Shown here piece by piece: positions 1 through 10,591 of a DNA stretch of 64,000 nt. The DNA lies in assembly GCA_013239625.1 (NCBI GenBank), contig MU053994.1, positions 2,175,589-2,239,588 of the forward strand. Reading direction: 5' to 3'. This stretch comes from Lama guanicoe. Taxonomy: Eukaryota. The stretch's first letter is position 1, and every line of letters starts with the position of its first letter. The notes below the pieces were generated by a model. That model saw only the letters and a list, made by a program, of their open reading frames with translations, searched no databases and had not been told where the DNA came from. The position numbers were made by a program, and so were the translations under genes.

Positions 1-2343
1 TGATCTCGCTTTCGGTTTTCTGTTCTGTTTCTAGCCCACGCGAGTTGAAATTAGAAAGGTCTTTGCATTCATTTATTTGTTTTAATAAAGACAGCATTTT
101 TTAAGCGGCATATTCGCAGCAATTGAGTGCTAAACTAAACACCAAGCCAACTAAATGTGTTAGGGGGAAATGAAAAGTCAGTTTACAAGAAACATGTAAT
201 TAACACGTTCTCTGACTTTCCCTAAGCCTTTGTCTGGCTGAGGACAAGACAGAGGAACCATAATCAACTTTAATAAAATGAAAGATGGTATCGAGGCAAA
301 AGGGGAACAAAAAAGTTTGGAGTAGGAAACAATGTTCAAGAGGGGATTCTTGAGTTAATAAGAAATATGTGAAAAAACGAATCTTTTGTTGCCTTATTTT
401 TAGTCAACAGCCATTTTCTCCTAACTACAAAGGCTCCAGAAGGCTCTAGTTTGTACGGTACCTGTTAACAGCAACTGAAGCCCAGACCTGGAGGGGGGCG
501 GGGGAAGGTAGTACAAGGAACCAGCAGGAGACGCATGGGGGTTTCCGGAGGCTGATCTGCCCAGGCTAATGGAAATTACTATTGCACAACACCAGAGTCT
601 TCACGTGGCCTGACTTCCAATAAACTGTTCCCCTCCTCACCCCTTGGAGAAAGTGAAATAAGACATTAGACTTTCAATAATCTCATATGGTGATGATCAA
701 TCAAAACCCAGAGGAGAAGGCCAATTTATAGAAATTGTATCTGCTTCACTGGGCGGCTGGAACCAGGGAGCTGATAAGAACACTGTGCTCGCCTTTGATG
801 TGTGAAGTTGCCCCCAAATGATAAATGTCAAAAAAAAAAACATTACCTGTACACATGGGGGCTTTTCAAAGGGAGAGGGGTCTCCGGAGAGGCCTGCAGA
901 TCACGGTAGAGACTGCCTGCCGAAAGGCAAAGCACATGTATAGGCCACATAAGAACGATTTATTTTTATTGTCTTTTGGCTATTTTAAGTTGGCGTTTCC
1001 ATCTTTCTTGTTTGTATTATCGCCAATGAAGTTTATTTGCCGAATTAACTTTTAATAGATCCTCTACTTTGTTCTTCAAAGTTGGCTTCTAGGGCTTGGG
1101 CCTTTTTAGCAGGGACCCCTCTCGCCTTTGTGACCAGCTCTCATCCCCCTCACCCCATCCCAATCCTGGAGGTGAAGGGCTCAGCCTCTGTTAACTCCTT
1201 GCCTGCTGGTGTCTTTTCTCTGTAGCTACTAATCACCTCCTTTTGATCATTGCCAAGTTCTCAGGTTGAAGGAAGGAGAAAGGACCTCTTGACCATTCTG
1301 GCTGGCTTTCCACATGAGCCTGAAAATGTCGACAAATTTGAAACATCTGCCGGGCTGCTTTGGTCTGATTGCTAAAATATGCCGACCTCAAGCCCCCTCC
1401 CCCCCGCCCCTTTTAATCTGTTTCATATTCACAAATTAAGCATTTAGTCTGGGTAATAAATCAGGGCGGTTTACGAGGCTCACACGAGACAAACAAGCGA
1501 GTAGGGCGCAACACAAGCCCCTGGAAGCGGCGTGCGCGGAGCTGCCAGGAGTCGGGAGCTCCACGCGCTCGAACGCGGAAAGCAGCCCTGGCGCGCCCTG
1601 ACACGCCGCCAGCACCCACACTCTGGCCGGTCCCCGAGCTGGCGGAGCGGAGGGGTGCAGGGGAGCAGCTCCAGCCGGGGCCCATACCCCACCAACCTTC
1701 CGCGCGAGCCCGCGGCGCCAGGCCCGCCCCAGCTCTGGGTAACTCGGCGCCCCCGCCCCGCCAGGGAGGGGCCGCTGGCAAAGGCGACAGCCTCAACCGG
1801 CACACACCCTGTGGTGGGCCCATTAAGCCTCTCCCAGCCGGGAAGACTGGATGCCCCCTCCCCCACCTCTTCCATCCGGCAGAGCTCGGCCTTAAAGATC
1901 CCAGGCCCACACTCTGAAGCAATACGAAAGATCCCCCTGCACATCCACGTGTAACCTCCACTAAGCCTGGGCGCTGGGCATCGCACCGCCTCCCACCCCC
2001 CCCATCTCTCTGCGTTGCCTCCTCCCAGGTTTCGGTCCCAGCAGCCACAAAGCTACTTTCAGATTCAGAAGGGGAGGGGGGCCGAGGGGAAGGCTCTCCT
2101 TTAGAGTGAATCAAGGCTTAAGAGAGGCATGGGGAGGGGAGCAAGGCACAAATAGGGCCCAGGGTCCCGCTGCAGAGATCCTCGTCCAGGGTTTAGCGAC
2201 CACTCAAACTCAGGGGGCTTCAACCTGTGCGTTTCCCGCCCTCCCCTGTGCATTAGTGAGAAGCGGACCTGGACTGGGGGTCTCCTGCCAGTCCCAGCCT
2301 AAGACCTTGGGAGACCCTGAAGGGGAGAGTGGCTCCAGGTCAC

Positions 2344-2650
2344 CTCGTCCAAGCCTCTGTCGCCGTGCCATGCTCAAGTTCCCTATCGACTGGCGTTCTC
2401 GACGCTATCGCAGGACGCGGCGGCAGAGGCGGAGGGCGGGAAATCGGGAAGCCGGAACCTGCAGCCCACCCTGGACCAGGGGGAGGAGGCACAGGAACAA
2501 TTCTCCCATCTCACAACACAGTACACACATCGCCCTTCCTCTCTTCTAGCACACATTCCGACTGCGAAAGCCATTACCGCCGGCGCGCGAGAGACTTTTT
2601 AAATATTTACAGCCCGCTCTCCGCACGGTAGCCTGATCCATCTTGTGGGC
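2344..2650 (-). other. Candidate alternative first exon (5'UTR or uORF-bearing)
   Basis: Minus-strand donor GAG|GTGACC at 2344/2343, TATTTAAA at 2605-2598, YY1-like AAGATGG and AATGGC motifs; 5' end uncertain. Confidence 0.3.
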
Positions 2651-3689
2651 GCGGAGGCGGGGCGCGGGGCTCCGCTCCGGGGGAGGTGCGGAGCCAGGGC
2701 TGGGGGCGCCAGCCGCCTCCCCCCGCGGCCCCTGGGTCCTCCCGGAGCTCCCCACCAAGTCTCCCCCACCAGGTGGGGAGGGGGCCGGAGACTGCGCGCA
2801 GCGCTCCCGGGGCCGTGCCGGGGCCTGAACAGGCGGGGGGCAGCGTCCGGGAGGAGGGAGGGCCAGGAGGCTGATTTAAAGGTTCTCACCGGGAAGCGAG
2901 CGAGGCACAGACCTGAGAGCCGCCGCGCGGTGAAATCCGAGGAGCTCTCTTGGCGAGGAGGGGCTGTCAGAGGCCATTTATCTCTCGCCAGAGTGGAGGC
3001 TCGGCTCCCACACCGCCCGCGAGTAACAATGGCAGCGATCAGCAGCTCTGCACGCGCTTCAGTGCATGAATGGATTGCGGAAGATGCCTGCGCTCCTCTC
3101 CGCTCAGGCGGCTCTCGGAGCGCCCCCTCCCCGCCCGCCGCCCCCGCCCCGCCGGCCTCCTCCGGCCCCAGAGCGCGCGGTGCGCCTCGGGGTTCGCAAG
3201 TCCGGCCCCGCGGCGCGGTCACTCTCACCCCGACCCCTTGCCGCCCTTCCCCCTGCCGCCGTTCCCAGGGCCCTGGCACCTTGCCACCGAGTGTCATTAG
3301 GGGCTGAAACTTGACACAAGCCTTCCCGACGCAGACACCCCCGCCAGCCCCTCCCTCCTTCGCTCCCCTCGCGGCAAGTTTACTTTCAAGGAGTTGGACG
3401 GCGTTTCCGCCTCAAAGGCAGGCAATGTGCGGGCCCAGGGGGAGGGGTGGTTTCTGAAGGGTGTCTTCACCTGCCCCGCGGCCTAGGGTGTTCGCAGGCC
3501 CCTGGCTGGCCCCAGCCCGAGCGCCCAAGGCCGGCGTCCCCTTCCCCCACCTTTGTAGCGGCTAATCCACTCAGAGTCCCTGCGATCAGCATATGCACAC
3601 GCACTCCCGGCACCCCCACCCGGACCCACACGTCCAGCCAACTTTCGGGTCAGCTGCACAACCATGTACTCAAATTCTCAGAGGCTTAC

Positions 3690-4250
3690 AGTCTCAGTTC
3701 GGAGAGTTCGGAGAACGCCACAGAGAGCGCGAAGTCGACCGCAGGAGTGGCCCCCTTTAACTCTGCCAAGTAGATCTCATAAACGTCCCCCTCCAGGAGC
3801 AGCCTAGGGCTGGGAGCAACGAGGAGCGCAGTGAGAGATACACCGAGCCCTCTTGGGTTTGCTTTGGTGGAGCTAAACCCCCAGAACCAGAACCTCGGGT
3901 GTTTCAGTCCCTTAGGTCGCCAAGCCCGGGATACGGCAGCCTGCGGCGGGGGCGCCAGGGGTGGGCATTCGCAGTGATCCGAAGGTAGTGCCAAGAAGCC
4001 CGCGAGAAGAAGCCGAGCTGAGCCCGGATTGAGGGAAGGCGGCCACACACCTGCGCAAAGAGCGAGGTAGCGTAAAAGCTGAGACGCACTCCAGAGGCAG
4101 AGCCCGACCGGCCGACCCAGGAGACTGGCGAAGGCAGGCGAGAAGCTGGCAGAGAGACAAAGCGGGAGGAGAGAGAGCCAGGGAGGCTCAGCCGCAGACC
4201 CGGAAACGCAGGCAGCAGCAGACGCCCGAGCCCCGACGCGGAGGCGTGCG
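3690..4250 (-). other. Candidate non-coding 5'UTR exon
   Basis: Minus-strand donor ACT|GTAAGC at 3690/3689; pyrimidine-rich UTR-like sequence inside a CpG island; 5' end uncertain (alternative acceptor CAG at 4053-4051). Confidence 0.35.
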
Positions 4251-5452
4251 CAGCCAGGCCCTGCCTGGCATCCCCTGGTTTGCGCGCCCAGGGACGCCGA
4301 CGCGCACTCCCAGCGGGGCCTACTGCCAGGAGGGGGGGAGGTCTCTGTTGGGCCTGGGCCGGCTCGGCGAGTCAACTTGGGCCTTCTCAGCAGATGGTGG
4401 GGTCCATGGAGTGGGATTAACTGATAGGGACCTCTTTCGTCTCTGCCCATTCTTGAGCCCGGGACAAAGGTATCAGTTTGAGAAGCTCGGCACTTTCTCA
4501 GGGCAAGAGCACAGCCCTCGGAAAACTCGTGTCTCCATCTTAGGGGCTTCTGGCAACTGTTTATCTGACTTGGAGGCGCTGGAAGGCCGCCACCCTCGAC
4601 CGAATTGACATTCCAGCTTCCCGATCCCAAGACCCTTACGGCAAAGCCCATGCCCTGACTTTCCAACAATCAGGAATCAAGACTGGACTTCCTGCAAGGA
4701 GGAACCGTGTCATGTGAGAAGAGGCCCCGAGCCTCAAGTTCTCCGCAGCTCCCTCCCACCGCCTGCACTCTGGGCCCAGCAGATTCCCCTCTCCACACTG
4801 GGCCAGCAACGTCCCCTACTCGCTGATCCCCCCATTCCCCACCCACCCTGGCTCCGCAGCCCCGGAGCGCACCTCTCCTCCCTCGGATGAAGCTCAGCGC
4901 TTTCCCGCGGCTGCTGGCTTTGCGGCACTCTCGCTGTACCCACCCCCACCCCACCCCCTACACACACACGGTTCTCGCCCTTCCTGTCTCCCTGCTGGGC
5001 GTCCTGGAAACCTGACTGTCTAGCCTGAGCGCAGAGCCAGGCAGAGCTGGGAGCCTAGGACACCAGGCGGAGGTGGCCAAGGGAGAGGGGGAGAGGGCCC
5101 ATAATGGAGGAGGGGGCGCATGCCCGAGAGAAAAAGAAGCCAGGCCGGAGCCACAGCCTGCAGGAGAGGGGGAGGATAAAGGGAACGCCAACACTAATCC
5201 CTCAGCCTGCCTATGTGGGGCCTGACAGTTTACAAAAGCCTTTTCCCTGAATATTATCTCATTTGCACCAGCTTCACCACCGGGCTGTGAGGGAGGTAGA
5301 GCAGATAGCGTTACCCCCACTGGCAGAGGAGGGAGATGGGGCCCAGAGAGGTTAAGAGGGGTCTGTACCAAGGTGGCAGAGCTAAGAGTGGTGTAGGAGG
5401 CCGCAGGCCTGGGGCTTCCTGCTCTCAAGTTCACTTTCCTGTTCAATAGCTC

Positions 5453-5490
5453 TGTGAGTGTGAGAGAGAGAGAGAGTGTGTGTGTGTGTA
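5453..5490. repeat. Compound (GA)n(GT)n microsatellite
   Basis: tgtgagtgtgagagagagagagagtgtgtgtgtgtgta read directly. Confidence 0.9.
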
Positions 5491-8270
5491 TGTCTGGGTG
5501 AATATCTGTGTGGAGGGGAAAGGGGGCGGATGGCTGGACAGGAATGAACAGTCCAGTTAGGGAAGTCCAGGAAGGAAGGACACAGCCCCACACCTCTTCC
5601 TCTACCCAGGTCTCATCCAACAGCACCCCCCCCCCCACCTTTCAAAGTAGCCTGCAAGCCGGCCCCCAGCCCGCCTGCCCAGGGGCGAGCTAGCAGGGCC
5701 TGGCCGTGCCTTCAGCAGTGGCCATGCCAGAGGTCTTGCATCTTCGGGAGGCCCCGCTCTGCTTGTCTGCTCAGCTCTCCTCTCTGCCTGTCATCCCCGC
5801 CCCCAGCCTCGGCTGCAGGATGCCTTGCGTCCAACTGTGGTTTCCGGGCAATAAAACAACTATTAAAGTCTCAGGCACGGCTGGTGATTTGCATCACATC
5901 CTCTCGTGCATGGATTCAATATTTAATACACAATATTGAATACGGATATTAAAAATCAATAGCTGAGGACCCCTGGGGAGGCGGCACAGTGCGATCCTGC
6001 TTCGGGAACACAACCAGCTCCTCTAAAAAGACAGGAACGGCAAGTTCAGCCAAGCTGAGCCCAGCGCCAGGGGAAGTGAGGAGTAGAGGATGCTTCTCAG
6101 CTTCCTGAGCTGCTTAACTGCACCATTCCTCAGTCAAGCCTAAGGAAGGCCAAAGGAACAATGTGCCCCCAGGCTGTACTAGCCGGGGAGTGGGGTGGGG
6201 TAGGATGCCTTTCCAAGCCAGCTACCAGGTGGACGGAGCCACCCTCTTTGTGGTCCTTTGCACTTAGGTTTGGTTCAGGTCTGAGTCCTGCAGGAAAACA
6301 CGCAACACTTCCCACCATGACGGCTCCTTCCCAGGCCCTCACGACATCCATCACCATAGGCCCCATGGGGAGCTTTTGGCATAAGCTTTCAGAGAGATGG
6401 AATGGGAATTCCAATGGCTCAGAATATTCTTTGCACAGTAAAAGAAAGGTGAATGCCTGGTACTAAGGTGGGAGTCACAGGGTCTTCTGAGGCACCATCA
6501 GCCTTCAAGACAGAAACCCTTGACCATGTGACTGACCCAAGGGCCTGGTGATGGTTGGGTGGTGACAGGGAAGGGGACTATGATGAGAGGGATGCTGGGA
6601 CATGGAAGCACTCCTGCTCCAGAACAAGAATCCAGATTGTCTGTTAAACAGCCAGGAGAAGAGCGAGCTCCCTGGACGAATAATTATCTTTTCAGGCCTG
6701 AAGAGGAACACAAATTACTGTCTTCTTTATCAAAACACAGAAATACACTTTCCCCTACACAGAAACAAGGTTCTCACAGTCTGATAGGGAAGGGGTGAAG
6801 AAGAATAAACATCGCTGAGAGGATTCCTTTTTTTTCCCATTACAGAGAGAGAAGAGAAACTCATAGTTGGAGACACACTTAGGTTACCAGCTGGAAAGGC
6901 CTGGAGGTTTTTAGATGCCAAAGAACTAGGTGAACTTGACCTACTGAAGTGCCATCCTAGGCACTAACTTATAATATTCGTTATATAGATTCCCTTTTTA
7001 TCATAGCTTAAACCAATATGGATTGAGTTGGAAATTTTGCTCTGGTTATAAATAGGCCACCTCAGGAAAACCCCAAAGTGGCAATTTGGGTAAAAGTTAG
7101 GAGGGAAGGAAAGAGATGTTAGAAAATGACAGTTAATGAGCCAGTGGCCTCACCTCTTTGTTCCCTAACAGTTGTCAGAGAAACCATCAAAGGGAAGGAA
7201 CAGGCGTCCTTCTCAGAACCGTCACAGGAAAAGCTGACACTCTGGCTGCTATAGATCCCTTCGGCGGTGGCGGCGGTGGTGGCTCGCAGACCCAGCCCCC
7301 TGGGAGTTTGCCTGTGTGTATTTATGCATTTCCGGGCTAGGGGTGCAGCCACTTTTACAACATCAGGCCCTAGGCCTGTGAAACGCACTAGCAAAAGTTC
7401 TACTCAGCATCACCAGCAACATCTCCTTGAGTCCTTCGTCACTACCAGATTCCCTCACTTCTTCCCAACTCAGCCATCGGGCCAGGCTCTGGGCCTCCTC
7501 CAGACCCATGCAGACCTGACAGTTTACAGACCCCACAGTTTGCACCTAGCAGGCACATGTGACTAGGGTATGAGACAGCTGGCCAAGGGAGAAGGGAGGC
7601 TCTGCTGGGGGGACCCAAGGGCCCAGGAAAGCCTCCTGGCACAAGCTTAGAGCTGACTGGGCTTGGAGGGGGTGCACCACCAGAAACCACGGACACCTCC
7701 TCCCTTGGACCCACCTGGTACTTCAGACCAAGAGGGAAAGTGGCCTTGTCTGGTATTGTTGGGCTAGGCCCAAGGTGTAGACCTCTGTGGCATGAAGAAC
7801 CCACACATCAAGTCCCAGACTTGGAGAGGGTTTGGGGGCAGAAGGGGGAGGTATCTTCGGGCCTCCCACCACCCCACCTTTCTGAACGTTTTCCTGGAAC
7901 CAACTGCAGCAGCTAGTGGAGGTGTTCCCGAAGCCCCTCCGGGGCTGTCACTACCTCCTGATGCAAGACAGTGAGGACGATGGCTCTCTGCTAATAGTTT
8001 CCCCTGGATGGTATTTGCACCGAAACAAGGGGCTTCAGATTCTGGCACCTCACGGTTTGGGTAAGTTTACTTCCCTCCCACGCCCCACAGGAACATATCC
8101 CCGAACTGCTGGAGTGAACACCGAGCTTGAGGCCAGGGTCAGTGGAGGGATGGTCCCCACCACCACCAAGTTGCCGGCCGAGATAACAGCTGTGGGAGGG
8201 GGAGGGGAGCCGCAAGCAACCACGACTGAACGGTTGCGATCTAGAAAATTCAACAAGAGGCCGCCGCGGT

Positions 8271-8291
8271 GGCGGCGGCGGCGGCGGCGGC
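8271..8291. repeat. (GGC)7 trinucleotide repeat
   Basis: Read directly. Confidence 0.95.
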
Positions 8292-10495
8292 TCCAATTAG
8301 CTGAGCCAACTGGGAAGGCAGAGAGCGAGGCGGCGGCCCCGCCGATCCCGCCCGGGGCGAGCAGGCGGGCGGGGGCGCCGGGTCTCGGAGCTGCCCGGGC
8401 GGCCCTCGCTCGGCCCCTCCCGCGGGCTCTCGGAGCGCGCCTGGTGTTTACACACTGTCCTTCCGACACGGGATCAAGTTTCAGGCCGCGCTAGAGGCGC
8501 CGGGGCCCGGCCACAGGCCCGGGAGAGGGGAAGAACTGGAGCGGGATCTAAGGCAGCGCTGCGCGGACGAGAAGGCCTGGCGCGAGTGGGCACAGCTAGT
8601 GCAGCGGCCCCCCCCGGGGGGGCGGGGTGAGGGGAAGTCCATCGGTCAGGGTGGGCAGGGGCAGGTGGGGCTGCGGGGAGCTCTCCGGAGGCAGAAGCAT
8701 CTCCAAGTAGCAGGAGTGGTGTGCTTTGCTCATTCTGGCCGGAGAACTTACCCTAGGAGCGTGGAAGGGCTGCCCAGAACCCTGGCGCAAAGACCGCACT
8801 GAGCGCCCCTTGTGAGCCCTTCACTCCTTCCTCCAAGTCCCTTTGATACACTACCCGATTCAGGCCATTGTTGGGGAGGAGGGGGGCACGGTTTGTGGGC
8901 TGGAAGAGGAACGCGCGATCGGAGACCTAGAGCTTCCCCGTGCGCCCTGGCCCCGGGGCTGCCGAGGCCTCGGGCCGAGTGCCGGAGGGCTCGCCGCTCC
9001 GCGCCTCCTCTGAGCTGGCAGCGCGCGGGTGCCCCACGCTGTCAGGCGGCGGCGGGTGAGCTTCCAGCAGCACAGGCACACTGTAAACAGCTGCGTGCGC
9101 GCCCTCCCCGCCCGGGCTGAGAACCTCACCCAAACACCATGTCGCCTTCTCCCCGGCTCCCGGCAGAGGCGGGGGGGAGGCGAGGCTTTTGTAGCGTAGC
9201 CTGGGGAAAGAGGGCCCCCACCCCACCCCCAGGCCACCGGGGCCCGGGAGCGAGCGTTCTGAACCTGCAGGGGTGCGGGGTGCTGCGGGGAGGGGAAGGA
9301 GTCAGCGCCTGCCCCCTCCCCACTGAATGTCTGCTTTGTTCCGGAAAACAAGGGAAGCATTAGGCTGCTGCCCCCGGGGAAACACAAAACTTCTTTTTGA
9401 ATCTCGGGAAGGGCGGTTGACTGCGCTACGGGGCTCCCGAGACAGACCGAGGAGGGGAAAAGCTGAGAGGGCGGGAGGGGACAGGGAGACTCCGGAGGGA
9501 GGACGACGACGGGGGGGGGGAGGCGGGGGGGAAGCCACTCAGGGTAACCGGGAGGGAGACCCGGGAACCCGACTCGGCGCGAAGGTGCCGCGCGAGTTCC
9601 AGCGAGCAGCCGGCCCGGCCAAGTGGCGCCGGCCCAGCCGGCGGCCGTGCCAGCTTCCTGCCCTGCCCAGGACCGCGGAGCAGTCGGGGACGCCGCCGCA
9701 GGCTGGCCCGGAATCGCAGGACAGCGGGGGAGGGGGCAGAAAGCTACAAGTAAACCCAGACTAGAACTTTCTGCACCCCACCTCCCAGAGTGGGCCCGGA
9801 CCCCGGGCCTGTGGGGCGTCGGCTCCAGGCTTTCAGTCTTGGAAGAGGGAGGAGGGCAAAGGCCTAGGGAGCTCCCTCGCGCGGGAGGTGGACAGTCTGA
9901 GGTGTCTTTGGTCTCACTTGATGACCGCTAATCCGATCGGCTCCCAGGCCCGCTGTGCAGTTGCGAGGGGGCGGGTCACTTCTGCCCTGGCCGGTGCGAG
10001 CGGGCGAGGGGACCAGCGAAAGCAGACCTGGAGCTCGCCTGCTCTCCAGCTCCCTGTCCTCCCACGATCGCCACCCTCATTTCACCCTTCCCGCACCTAA
10101 GGAAGGGGAGGGCACCCAGACTCTGCCCCACCCCCCGCGGGGCGCTCCCCTCCGCCTCGTAAGCTCAGACTGAGAGCGAGGGTTTTCCCCCTTTCCCCTG
10201 GGCTCGCTGGGTTTCCAACTTCCTCTAAACCTCCCTCCTCGCTCCGAAAAGCCCCGAGGAGAGGAGCCGAGAGGAAGCAAGCCGCTAGTGTGCGAAATGA
10301 AGACCATGTGTGGGGACGGCGGCATCAGAGTGCAGCCGCTGCGGGGTGGGGGGTGGCGAAGACCGCGGCGCGGCCCGAGGCTCTGGGCGGCAGCAGCCAG
10401 CGCCTCTGCTCGGCGTTGGGGACGCGGAGCTGCAGCGAGGAAGAGCTAAGAGGCTGGGCTGGCCTCGTGGCGGGCGGCGGGGAGGGGGTGCGGGG

Positions 10496-10591
10496 NNNNN
10501 NNNNNNNNNNNNNNNNNNNNNNNNNNNNNNNNNNNNNNNNNNNNNNNNNNNNNNNNNNNNNNNNNNNNNNNNNNNNNNNNNNNNNNNNNNN
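10496..10591. other. Assembly gap (96 N) within G-rich CpG island
   Basis: Run of N flanked by G-runs on both sides. Confidence 1.

Larger units (their letters stand above)
1450..5100. promoter_or_regulatory. CpG island cluster 1 (contains two candidate minus-strand 5'UTR exons)
   Basis: Very high GC, dense undepleted CpG, GC boxes, no recognisable transposons; boundaries by eye. Confidence 0.85.

Noticed and set aside
3686..4669. 327-aa minus-strand ORF
   Set aside because: No recognisable domain, composition typical of GC-rich UTR or promoter DNA, non-ATG start, and its stop coincides with a GTAA donor
7916..8494. ORF with poly-Arg run
   Set aside because: The run is simply the (GGC)7 repeat translated
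8606..9531. G-runs, G-quadruplex-like motifs and a C8G7 palindrome
   Set aside because: Ubiquitous in this GC context; nothing singles them out
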